Shown here in pieces: positions 27,657-39,949 of a stretch of DNA of 64,000 bases (its first letter is position 1; each line of letters begins with the position of its first letter). This DNA comes from Octopus sinensis (taxonomy: Eukaryota), in the NCBI RefSeq assembly GCF_006345805.1, contig NC_042997.1, positions 126,108,001 to 126,172,000 of the forward strand, in the 5' to 3' direction. Position numbers and translations under genes: made by a program. The notes beneath the pieces were generated by a model, which was given only the letters and a program-made list of their open reading frames with translations, was not told the origin of the DNA and did not search any database.

Positions 27657-27946
27657 AATTTGCAAGGTAAGGGGCACCAAACTGTAGTTATGTCAAGCTA
27701 AATCTGCATGAAGAATTACGTTCAAGCGTTCTGTCAAATACTTAACCTCTTATATTATATTTATATGAGTAGGCAGTTCAACAGATTGAATAAATAGAAA
27801 TTATTCTATTTATTCAATCTGTTGAACTGCCTACTCATATAAATATAATATAAGAGGTTAAGTATTTGACAGAACGCTTGAACGTAATTCTTCATGCAGA
27901 TTCAGCTTGACATAACTACAGTTTGGTGCCCCTTACCTTGCAAATT
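27657..27946. repeat. Near-perfect palindrome (143-bp arms, 4-nt spacer, 1 mismatch)
   Basis: Arms 27657-27799 and 27804-27946 compared base by base; single mismatch 27700/27903. Confidence 0.95.
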
Positions 27947-29046
27947 ATGGTCGAAAGCGACAGAGGTTTACTTTTAACTAGTTTGAGTATGTACATATGT
28001 AAAAAGTGTGACTGTGTGCGTATTAGTGCAACTATCAACCAGTGCTGAGTTTGTAAGCGTGTAAATATATTTAACAAAAGTTCTGATTCTGTTGTGTCCC
28101 AGTTTCCAGTTAACACTGCACCCAACCAGTATATTCCCGTGTTGTTGCTTTTTAGTTGTAGGTCAGCTCTGTTCGAAGAAGATATTTGATCCAAAGCATT
28201 CCCGCTGTGACCATCCCGTATTTCAAAGAATATTTATTAAGATGATAGGATTTGAGGGAAATTTGGTCGTTTCCCTTGTAGGTTGAGTGACCACGTAGAA
28301 AAACAATATTAGATTATTGTTTCTGAAGTTAGCATAAATCAACGATCTGTTAACTCCAGCCAACGATCTCTAGATACTGCCTATTATGATGCACGTAACC
28401 TTAAATCTTCAAAATTTTTATTGTTAAAAAAGGTCAATTGTATCTAGAATTAAAGTCAGTGAAATTCTTCCCTCAGACAGTCGCAAGACAAATATATTTA
28501 TTATATACACCCATTTCATTGTACAGCGGAAATCAGAGTACTCAGAATCCCTTCTTTACCCTGTTCTCAAAGTATCCTTCTTACTTGTCTTTTAAGACAT
28601 TTAATAGAAAGAAATTGACAGAAAACGGTACGGATTTGAGAGGCGTGCAATAATGTAAAACAAAAAATGATTTTGTTTCTTTTGGACAAAGTTCTTTCAT
28701 GGAAAGAAACAACCTCCTTTTTTTCCTTTCCTATGAAGAATTGATAGCTTTCCGAAAGTCCGCCGATCAGATTACGCCTGTCTCATGAAACGGACACAAA
28801 CTAATAAATCATTAATCTTTTATTTTTTATGTATTTCTTAATATTTAATCAGATGTAACTAATAGGAAAGTGTGTGTGAACGATATAAACAGTTGTAATA
28901 TATATATATGATGGGTGTAAGGGAAAGCGGAGTTGTTATGTAAATATAAACACATAGATTAAGTTTGAGCCTGGCGAGTCATTTAACGTATGTTTCTGCG
29001 AATAAAAACAGGTTCAAAAGTACAATTATAGAGCAAATGTTATTAC

Positions 29047-29135
29047 CTGAGAATATGTCGGAGAATGACAAATGTAGAAGAGATATTAGAAAGGAGAAAG
29101 TATCACAGACTGAGTTAGTTGGATATCCCGCCAAT
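29047..29135 (-). promoter_or_regulatory. Candidate RAD51 non-coding exon / promoter element (E2F-like TTGGCGGGA, CCAAT, CAG|GTAATA donor)
   Basis: tcccgccaat at 29126-29135; consensus-like donor on - at 29047|29046. Confidence 0.35.
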
Positions 29136-30589
29136 ACACTTCGTGCAGAGCTGTCGGTTTTAGTTTCGGATGTTTCATGGGACTGAAAGAATTGTACAAG
29201 ATTTCTTGTTTTCTAAATTGTTTGATAGGAATAAATTGTATACATGTGAATAAATATATGCAATCAAATAAAAATTATGAGAGAAAATATCTTTTCAACT
29301 AAAATCCCACGCATTTAATTTCAATTGCCATAACTTTTAAATGAGACGAAAGTTATTTTGTTTAAAAAAATGTCAACTAATGAAACATAATTGATATTTT
29401 CTTTCCTGTTAAGTTTTCTGACGGATTTTCAAATAAGAGCTAAAATTTTCTAGTTGTATATTTCATACTTTGCGTTTCTGCTTATTTTGCGTTGTGCTTA
29501 TACGAAAGTCCAGGTGTTAACTGTTTATGACAGACATAATGTCACAACTGATTATATTTGCTGTTATTTGGGGAACTTACACGTTTTCTTATCAGCAACA
29601 CAATTTTTTTTTTTTAAGAATCATGATTTGGGATATGCTAGTTCTTGTGAAGAGAAATATCTTCCTGGGACAATGTTTTTCCCTAAAATTCAGCTGAAGA
29701 TAAACTAAAAACGGCTATGGGCACAGCCACACCTTAGACTGATGGAAAAATGAATTATGTAAGATTATATATTCCATACGCCAGTGATTTCCTCACTTTG
29801 TTTCTGAGGATATGAAGCACTGCCTATTGAATTCTATGATACAATGGCAGATAGAAATATTCTAGTGAGGGCGATCCTTGAGTTTAAAACATCTTTTTTT
29901 TACTTTTAACAATCATTTAAACTGAAAATGATGCTCTAAATTCAAGCTGAATCATTATTGTAATTAGTCAGAAAAACAGAGAGAATGGAAGTTTTTTTGG
30001 TGGCGGTAAAGCGTTTACACCCCTCCCCCCTTCCGTTTTTCTTTTTTTTTTTCAAAAATTTCTTCTGATTCCTATATTTTCGATACAGGAGATTACGATT
30101 TTACCAAAAAAAAAAACACGTTTTCAAAATTTAACCCCCCCCCCTCGATATTTAAAACTTTTCAGTTTTTTCGATTCTTTTTTATCACTGCGTAGAAAAA
30201 TACAGAGATTATGACTCTGGAAAAAAATTTCACCATTTAGCGTCAGCTTTTCATGTGGGCATGGGTTGGACGGTTTGATAGGCACTGGTGAGAGGGTTAG
30301 TCATCAAACTGACTCCAGTTTTTGATTGGTATAATTTATACAATCCTGTAGGTTGTAAAGACATTACCACCTTCAAAAATTTCATGTACCTTGAAATTTG
30401 CTAACTCTACTACTGACGTATCTATACATCCTTTCCTCCTTATAACTTTTACTGTTCCCTTTTTTGTCTTTTTGTAATTAATTCTGTTTACTGTTCATGT
30501 ACTTTTGGCTTTCAATGCTTTCTTTATTTGACTACTTTCTGTCCCCTTTTACTCTTTTCTAGTGAGTTGTACTGTATACCAGAAGCAGG

Positions 30590-31890
30590 CAGAATCGTTA
30601 GCACACCAGGCAAAATGCTTAGCTGTATTTTTTCTGCTGCTATGTTCTGAGTTCAAATTCCGCTGTGGTTGACTTTGCCTTTTATCCTTTCCGGGTCAGT
30701 TAAATATGTACCAGTTTTGCACTGGGGTCGATGTAATCGACTTATCCCCCTCCCCCAAGCTGTTCTTGTAGCAAAAATTTGAAATCATTATTATTATTAT
30801 TGAGAGAGCAGTGCATGCCATCAAAGTGACACGGGTAAAATATACGCAGCCCAGTATACCCATCATGACTACCCGTCTGATAAGGGTACACTAGGCACAT
30901 GCATCACAACCATATGTGCACGACATGGTGATCGCATATCAAGATAAACAGCGCATGACCTTGCAGGTGGGGCCCAGTTAGAATTTTCTTCTGGTTGAGT
31001 AACCCACTTTTGAGGTCGATAAAATAAGTACCAGTTGAACACTGGAGTCGATATATTTGACTTACCCCTCCTCCAAAATTTCAGGCCTTGTGCCTATACT
31101 AGAAAGGATTACTATCATTATTATTAAGGTAGCAAATGCTACTGTTAGCATGCTAGACAAAGTGTTTAGCAGCATTTCCTTTCATCCTTTTGGGTTCAAT
31201 AAATTAAGTACCAGTAAATCACTGGGGTTAATGTAATCAACCAGTCCCCTCCACAAATTTCAGGCCTTGTGCCTTTAGCAGAAAGGATTATTATCATTAT
31301 TATTATTATTATTGATAAGGCAGCAAGCTGGATGAAATGCTTAGCAGTATTCACCCATTACTATGTTGTGAGTTCAAATTCCACCGAGGTCATCTTTGCT
31401 TTTCATCCTTTTGGGGCCAATAAATTAAGTATCAGTGAAACACTGGGGTCGATGTAATCAGCTAGTCCCTTCCCCCAAAATTTCAGGCTTTGTGCGTTTC
31501 GCAGAAAGGATTTTTTTATTATTATTGATGTGGTAAACTGGCAGAATTGTTAGCATGCTGGACTTAATGCTTAATGACATTTTGTCCATCTTCAATGTTC
31601 TTAGTTCAAATTCCACTGTGCTCAACTTTGCTTTTCATCCTTCCGGGACTGATAACATAAGTACCAGTTGAGCAATCTGAAATTGCTGGCCTTGTGCAAA
31701 AATTTGGAACCATTATTATTTCATTATTATTTTGCTCATCGCTATGTTCTGAGCTCAAACTCCACTGAGGTCGACTTTGTCTTTCATCCTTTCAGGGTTG
31801 ATGAATTAAGTACCGGTGAAATACTGAGGTTGATGTAATCAACTGGACCCCTCCCACCAAATTTGAGGCCTTGTGCCTCCAGCAGAAAGG

Positions 31891-31900
<10 letters not shown>
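30590..31900 (+). mobile_element. Head-to-tail cluster of about 6 degenerate SINE family C copies
   Basis: Repeated GACTTTGC.TTTCATCCTT...AAGTACCAG...GGCCTTGTGC units separated by (ATT)n. Confidence 0.75.
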
Positions 31901-31922
<22 letters not shown>

Positions 31923-32284
31923 GGTTCATCTGGAAAATAACCACAAGTTTTGATATTTATAACTTTTATGGATCAAAGATGATTGATTTAATCTAAGATG
32001 AAATTTGAAAAAGTCAATCAGTCAATTCCTGTAATTAATTGCCAGAATGATTCCTCAACCATTCAATAACCTACCATGTTTCCATAGAATCCAATCAATA
32101 ACTTACTTTTTACCAAATGGAATTAGTTGATTGCAAGAAATTTGTAAATTTGTTATTGTTGTTTTTTACTTTTGTTTTGTGTGAGAAACATTCACCCCAA
32201 ATATCTTAGACTAAACATAGAAAAACAAACGGTATTAACGATGCTATGGTTGTTATATATAATAATGATGATGATGATGATGAT

Positions 32285-32460
32285 AATGGTGGAATAAATA
32301 GGGGCTGCAATAAGGGTGGAGCACTTGCAGAAAACAGCACTGCTTGGAATCGCTTGAATACTCTGGAAGGTGCTTGAAAAATAAGAGGTGTTATCTTAGT
32401 TCACTGGTAGTGAACAGCTGACACCGTAGTACATCTCCAGCGTTAGAAGCTGTGAAAAGG
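32285..32460 (+). mobile_element. R4/Dong-like retrotransposon 3' tip
   Basis: RVEHLQKTALLGIA*ILWKVLE parallels the end of the adjacent ORF (LQKTVLLGTARILRRVL); followed by (TAA)n. Confidence 0.6.
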
Positions 32461-32461
32461 C

Positions 32462-32511
<50 letters not shown>

Positions 32512-32524
32512 CAACAATAATAAT

Positions 32525-33660
32525 CTAGTGAAGGCTGTAAATACTTAGGCAGTATAATTACTTAGATACTCAGCAGCTTTTGTAGATTGGACAAAAACTG
32601 ATTTAGCAAAGCTAGACAGAAGAACTAGGAAGGAATTCCATATGAGTGGAGTAGCAAGATTATTCTTACCTAGAAAGCAAGACAGAAGAGGGTTAATGTC
32701 AGTAGAAGACTGCATGAAGTTAGCTATGTAGGTAATAGTAAAGAAAGTATATTAAAAGCTACTACAGTCACAAGACAGGGAAACCAAAAACCCGAACAAA
32801 GTTAAAAACCAGAAAAAAGAACAGAAGTTATCTGACTGGCAAGAGAAGGCATTGCATGGTAGATTCACAAAAATAGTTACAGCAAACAGTAGTAGTGAGA
32901 CATGGTTATGGTTGCAGAAAGGAAGGTTGAAAATGGAGACAGAAAGTTTGTTAGTAGCAGCACAAGATCAAGCATTTGTGACTAATTGGATAAAAGCCAA
33001 GATAGACAGAAACCAATTAGAGTCTCAATGTAGGTTATGCAATTCAAAAGAGGAAAGCATTACATATATAGTAAGTGAATGTAGCATGCTGGCACAGGAA
33101 GAGTACAAGACAAGACATGACAACCTTGGGAGAGTAATCCACTGGGAGTTATGTAGAAAGCTAGGATTCGAATATACTAATAAATGGTATGAACATGAAA
33201 CTAGTAAAGTACTAGAGAGTAAGAAAAACAAGATGTTGGGAGACTTTAACATTCAGATTGAAAGAGAAACAGAAGCTAGAAGGCCTGATTTAGTTGTTGT
33301 AGATAAAGAGAATAGAAAGTGCCAGATAATTGACTTTACGGTCCTAAATGAGGAAAAAATCAATATGAGAGGAATAGGAGAAATATCAAAGTACCAGGAC
33401 CTAGTAATTGAATTACAAAGACTATGGAAAGTGTGGGTAAAATGTATCCCAGTAGTTATTGGTGCATCAGGAATTATCCTTAAAGATTTGAACAGATGGA
33501 TAGAGGAAATAGGCATAAAACCCAGTTTAGTACAGCTCCAGAAAACAGTGTTATTAGGGACAGCTAGGATACTTAGGAGGGTTCTTGGCATCTAAGGTTA
33601 CTTGTAGCCTGATGTTAGAATTTTTTTCTTTTCCAACTGTCTAATCTGTTGTGTATAATA
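32525..33660 (+). mobile_element. 5'-truncated R4/Dong-clade non-LTR retrotransposon (CCHC finger + restriction-like endonuclease)
   Basis: ORF 32852-33595 with AAQDQ, CRLC...C, RHD, RPDLVVVD...IIDF motifs; broken upstream RT-thumb remnants (LDRRTRK, RLFLPRK); (TAA)n on both sides. Confidence 0.88.
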
Positions 33661-34397
33661 ATATTAATAATAATAATAATAATAATAATAATGGTGATGA
33701 TGATGATGATAAATAATGGGTTTCAAATTTTGGCACCAGGCCAGTAGTTCATTATTCTTATTCTTATCCTCATTTCACTCCTAAGAGCTTTCCATTTCAC
33801 TTGCTCCTCTTAATTCTGTAAGAGCAGACAGCAACCCATTGTTGTATATATCAGAGAAACCAGGAAAATGGTCCTATGCTCTTTACAGAGTAATGTGGAA
33901 TAACCATGTACCTGTACAACAAGACACCAGTTTCTGTCCCTCTGTCATACTCTAACTACTCAACACCTGACACAAAGCCACCTGCCTCAACACTACACCC
34001 AACTCAGTCAGATAATCTTGCTTTGGGAGTTACTGGGTTACATCACTAGTTCTGGTACCACAAAAGAAAAAAAGCACCCATAAAGTGGTTGGTGCTCGGG
34101 TAACCAGGCATAGAAGCCCCTGGTTTGTCAGATCCTGTAGAACCATCCATCACATACAGCTAGGAATATGGATGTTAAATAATGAAGGCAGTGGTGATGA
34201 AGATGATGACTGTGTATGTCAACTGTTTAGTACAGTTCTGTAATTTCTTTTTAATAATTTGGACTGAAGAAAGGAACTATGTCCACAGCCTTTGTAGGGT
34301 CCCTGATGATGGTTCTTGTGAAGGAAGGCTGTTCAGTTTGGAAGACTAGTTGGAAATGATTAAAATTTCTCACATCTTCATCTCTGTATGTGTCTGT

Positions 34398-34550
<153 letters not shown>

Positions 34551-34887
34551 CTTGAGGAGACCTATTGACTCATATCATCAACATCAAAATAAAAATCAAA
34601 TGGGAATTGTAGTTGTGATGCCCGTGCTGGTGGCACGTAAAAGGCACCATCCGAACGTGGCCGATGCCAGTGATACCCTTACTGGCTTCCATGCCGGTGA
34701 CACATGAAAAGCACCCACTACACTCACAGAGTGGTTGGTGCTAGGAAGGGCATCCAGCTGTAGAAACACTACTAGATCTGACTGGAGCCTGGTGTAACCT
34801 CCTGGCTTCCCAGACCCCGGTCGAACCGGCCAACCCATGCTAGCATGGAAAACGGACGTTAAATGATGATGATGATGATATATACAT

Positions 34888-35052
34888 ATAGGCGTAAGAG
34901 TGGCTGTGTGGTAAGTAGCTTGCTTATGAACCACATGGTACCGGGTTCAGTCCCACTGCGTGGTACCTTGGGCAAGTGTCTTATACTATAGCCTCGGGCC
35001 GACCAAAGCCTTGTGAGTGGATTTGGTAGACGGAAACTGAAAGAAGCCTGTC

Positions 35053-35094
<42 letters not shown>

Positions 35095-35230
35095 ATGTTT
35101 GTATGTCTGTGTATGTCAGCCCTAGGTGATAGTAGAAGACACTTGCCCAAGGTGCCACGCAGTGGGAATAAACCCGGAACCATATGGTTGGTAAGCAAGC
35201 TACTTACCACACAGCCACTCCTGCGCCTAT
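34888..35230. mobile_element. Inverted (tail-to-tail) pair of truncated family A SINE heads
   Basis: ATAGGCGTAAGAGTGGCTGTGTGG... on + from 34888 and ATAGGCGCAGGAGTGGCTGTGTGG... on - from 35230. Confidence 0.8.
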
Positions 35231-36024
35231 ATACATATATAATTGAAAATCTTCCCACACACTGTCAGGAAAAACATTCAGTTGTATGTGTATATATATA
35301 TATATATATATATGTTTGTGTGTGTATGTATGTATATATATGTCTATCAATATCTGTATCTATAAAAACACACACACTCACACATTTGTGTGTAGGTATA
35401 TATGAACCTTATATATACAACTATGATTATATCAATATGTATAATTGTATAGTTGAGTAGGTGTTTAGATGTACATAAGCCAAACTGAAATATTGATACA
35501 ATGCTACACCACCCATCTCACCTTCCCTATCATATTCTTCCAACAGATATCTATTGAATTCTACTGATTCCTTGTTACCAAAGTTGAGGCGTGGTCTTAC
35601 TTTTACACTAGATACTTTTATTTTGTATTATTGTTGTGGATTTTTTTTTAATAATTGCCGTGTTCTTCCTCTTCTGTGGATATCCATTGGAAGTATTGAC
35701 ATGTATATAAAAGTTGTTGCTGACAGACGATTCTTCACAGTGTTACCAAAGTCTGAGCAAGTTCAACGAGCTAAGTGGAAGGGAACTTCATTGTCACAGC
35801 ATAGCAACTGGTCACCTTTTATCACCTGGTTTTTGCTCAAGAGATGAATCTGATGATATACAGCAAGGTAAGTTACACCTTACCAGCTCTTTTTCTCCCT
35901 ATCACCTGTCCACTCATTATATATATTTTTTTAATTATAGGCACACATGCACCTTTCCTGACAAACATACAGAAACATATATACAGCAGGGGTGGGGGTC
36001 TCTATAGATGAACATTCTGGAACT

Positions 36025-36419
36025 CTCTCTTTACTTGTTTCAGTCATTTGACTGTGGCCATGCTGGAGCACCACCTTTAGTCAAGAAAATCGACCCCAGG
36101 ACTTATTCTTTGTAAGCCTAGTATTTATTCTATCAGTCTCTTTTGCTGAACCACTAATTTACGGGGATGGAAACACACCAACATCAGTTGTCAAGCAATG
36201 TTGGGGGGACAAACACAGACACACAAACATATACACACGCATACATATATATATACGACAGGGTTATTTCAGTTTCCGTCTACCAAATCCACTCACAAGG
36301 CTTTGGTCAGCCCAAGGCTATAGTAGAAGACCCTTGCCCAAGATTTCACGCAGTGGGACTGAACCCAGAACTATGTGGTTGGTAAGCAAGCTACTTACCA
36401 CACAGCCACTCCTGCGCCT
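36025..36419 (-). mobile_element. SINE family A
   Basis: As above. Confidence 0.78.
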
Positions 36420-37584
36420 CTGTTCATTAACCAAATTGTTTGTTGCATATTAATTGAAATACATATCAATAGGGGTCATCTATTCCAAGCCAAACCCAGA
36501 CTCCACAATAAAGATATGAAATTGTGTTTATTTGTCCATCCATTGATAGCAAAGATGTAAATATATACATATATGAGTGGGTGTTGAAAAGTTCCAGGAG
36601 GATCAGTTAATTATGATTTTATTGAACATATTCCCCTCTCAGATTCACATACTTATTGCAGCAGTCCTTTGGTTTTTTTCTAAGCCCTGTAAAAGAACTC
36701 AGAAGATTACGCCTCTGACCAGGTCTTTTGTGACACCCTTAAAGGCAGGATTTTTTTAGCACCCCCTCATATGTGTGTATGTGTGCATTTTTTCCCTTTG
36801 TCTTGCATCTGGTGATCTACAGTTATGAGAAATATCATGAAAGAAAATATGAGAAATATCATTTCCTATATAAAATACAAAAATTTGTAAGTTACATGAG
36901 ATCATACATGGATGTTAATGTCTCTTTTGCATACACTCTTCCAGCCATATATATGATTGTGTAGTCTACTCATGGCTTGCTGTTCAAATTCCTGCTCGTT
37001 AATTGAATATAATTTTCATCAGAATAACTGTTGGCTATGCAATTTGTTCATATAGTATAACATTCACATATGCTCTCCCAGCACATATACATACACATAA
37101 TCTACTTATGTCTTGTATTCAAATTTCAGCTCACTAAGTGAATAAATTTTTATTTGCTTAGTGAGTTTGCTCATGGACAGTTGATGAAGTTGCAACTCAT
37201 TATGGAAGTTCAATTTTCTTCAGAAAATTGTTAGTTATTCAAGTTATTCGTTTAGAGAACCATTTGTAAAAAGGATGAAGGTCTCTGGAACACTTGAGGG
37301 GTGCCGGTCTTATCCTGTTACATTTAATTATTTGTCGAAAGGAAAACCAAAACTTCGACTATCTTCAACAGCAATAAATAATATTTTATTTTTATCTGGA
37401 TTCGCAAATAAAAATATATACACATATATTTTCTTCAGGGCGAACCAGTAGCCAAAGCCATGAAACTATTCACAATAGTTAACTTGTGTGAGCCAAAATG
37501 CTGTCTCCGTTCCCGCGTAGAAGCGGGGCTTCTCTACGTGTTGGTTTTTTCTTGAGAGAACCTTGAGTCGTGTCCACTCGATTC

Positions 37585-37740
37585 GGCTGCAGCTTCAAAA
37601 AGACAGATCTAGCGGGAAACTTTTCTGTTGGTAGTTCTCTGCACATGGGCATGAGGGAACTTCCGGCAGCCTACTGGAAGTAATCCAATTCTGCGCATGC
37701 ATGCTGAAAACTTCCAAAAGCGTCACTACAAATTCTTATA
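37585..37740. promoter_or_regulatory. CpG-containing promoter-like motif cluster (CHR, E2F, ETS, CCAAT, NRF1-like, ZNF143-like)
   Basis: TTCAAA 37594-37599, GCGGGAAA 37612-37619, ACTTCCGG 37659-37666, CCAAT 37685-37689, TGCGCATGCA 37692-37701, ACTACAA 37725-37731. Confidence 0.5.
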
Positions 37741-38579
37741 TGGGTATCCTACTGTATTTTACACACACTGATGATAATTAGAACATTTAGTTATAGATTC
37801 TCTTGCATGATATTTACTTCATTGCATTTTTTAGTTCAAATATTACTAACGTCAGCATTACTTTTCACTCTCTCATGGTCAACAATATACATACAGACAT
37901 ATAAATTTGAAAATATCATGAATTAAATAAAACAGTTACTAGCTGTTTAGCAATCAAACCTGCCATATCATCATCATCATCATCACCATCATTTAACGTC
38001 TGCTTTCCATGCTGGCATGGGTTGGACGATTTGACTGAGGACTGGCAAACCAGATGGCTGCACCAGGCTCCAATCTGATTCTACAGCTTGATGCCCTTCC
38101 TAACATCAACCACTCCAAGAGTGTAGTGGGTGCTTTTACGTGCTACTGGCATGAGGGCCAGTCAGGCGGTACTGGCAACGGCCACACTCAAATGGCGTTT
38201 TTTACGTGCCAGGCCCAAATATTCTACCATTCTACCAGTTTATATTTAAACTGACCAAATCAGGCCTCAAACGTCTGCCTGACAATATCGTTCTAACAAA
38301 ATACAGCCACAACATCAAAATTCCAAAGCTATAAGACATTGCATGATTAATTCAAAACAATGCAAATAAACATTACATTAAATGGTTTAACTGGTGTTTG
38401 GAGCATAAATTAACATGAAATTTTGAATTTAGATCACTTTAATAGAGAAAGTTTGTATCATAAAACCAAGGGTATTTTCAGGTGGGTTGACATAAGAGCT
38501 TAAATCCTTCAGCATTCAGATTACTCAGTTAAATCTAATGCTTGTTTATTCACATTGTCTTTGAATTAATCATGAACTA

Positions 38580-38762
38580 TAGGTGGAGGAGTGGCTGTGT
38601 GGTAAGTAGCTTGCTAACCAACCACATAGTTCCAGGTTTAGTACCACTGCATGGCACCTTGGGCAAGTGTCTTCTACTATAGCCTCGGGCCGATCAAAGC
38701 CTTGTGAGTGGATTTGATGGACAGAAACTGAAAGACGTCCGTTGTATATGTGTGTGTGTGTC

Positions 38763-38801
<39 letters not shown>

Positions 38802-39032
38802 TTTATGTATGTGTGTGTGTATATGTTTGTGTGTTTGTTTTTATCTCCCCAACATCGCTTGACAACCGATGCTGGTGTGTTTGCATCCCTGTAACTTAGC
38901 GGTTCGGCAAAAGAGACTGATAGAATAAGTACTAGGCTTACAAAGAATAAGTCCTGGGGTCAATTTGCTCGACTAAAGGCGGTGCTCCAGCATGGCCACA
39001 GTCAAATGACTGACACAAGTAGAAGAGTAAAA
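38580..39032 (+). mobile_element. SINE family A nested in a TTAA MITE
   Basis: Full head-to-tail copy with expanded TG core. Confidence 0.78.
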
Positions 39033-39949
39033 GAGTTATCTTGCATCTTCGAGCTTTCAATGATGTGATTGTTTACTTTTAGGACATTGTAGGGTATGTG
39101 TGATAGGTTGGATCCAGCCAGTTTGAACATAAAACATATTGAAAATTGGCCAGATATGACTGGTTTAAATGCTAAAGGGTTAAACCAAAATAGGAGCACT
39201 TTAAAATAGGAAGGTTTTGTATTTTTTATTGCTTAAGATAAAAAGGGCAGTGCCATGATCCTTTTAAGTGCCTCTGAGTTTGGTGGTAGAAGGGAGATAG
39301 TTATTCTCAGAATGGAAAAATGTGGCCCAAATGCTTGCGAGAGAGCAGACTCTATCAGAAGGCATCCAATGACCAAGTGGTAGTGTTAAACAGAACCAGA
39401 AGTGGCCTCAGGCAGGTCACTATTGAGTGGGTTAATGTTGGTTTTATTTTTACTGTTATGTAGGTGTAGGAATGGCTGTGTAGGTAAGAAGCTTCCCAAC
39501 CACGTGGTCTTGGGTTCAGTCCATGGCACCTTGAGCAAGTATCTTCTACTACATCCCTGGGCCAACCAAAGCCTTATGAAGGGGTTTGGTACACGGAAAA
39601 AGAAAAATGCCCATCATTCACACACACACACACATATGTATGACAACCCATGTCAGCATGGAAACAAATATTAAAGATGATGACGATGATATATGTATAT
39701 ACATACATATATATATATTTGTGTGTGTGTGTGTCTGCCTGTATGAGTTAGAGATTAAGCAACCATCTAAGAGATAATAAATATCCAATATACTACTGGA
39801 TGTGTACCTACGTATTTTTAACCAAGTGCTTACTATTGCAGAGCAATATTGCAATTGAATACTAGGTATGGGTGGAGGTAAACCAGAAATTTACCTGGGA
39901 TTTATAAGGCAAATAAGAAAATGAAGAGAATAATCAATCGACAAACATC

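Noticed and set aside
28965-29186. 73-aa ORF near the putative RAD51 5' region
   Set aside because: TTG start, no recognisable homology or splice context
32852-33595. 247-aa ORF as a cellular zinc-finger or nuclease gene
   Set aside because: Motifs and (TAA)n flanks identify the C-terminus of an R4/Dong retrotransposon
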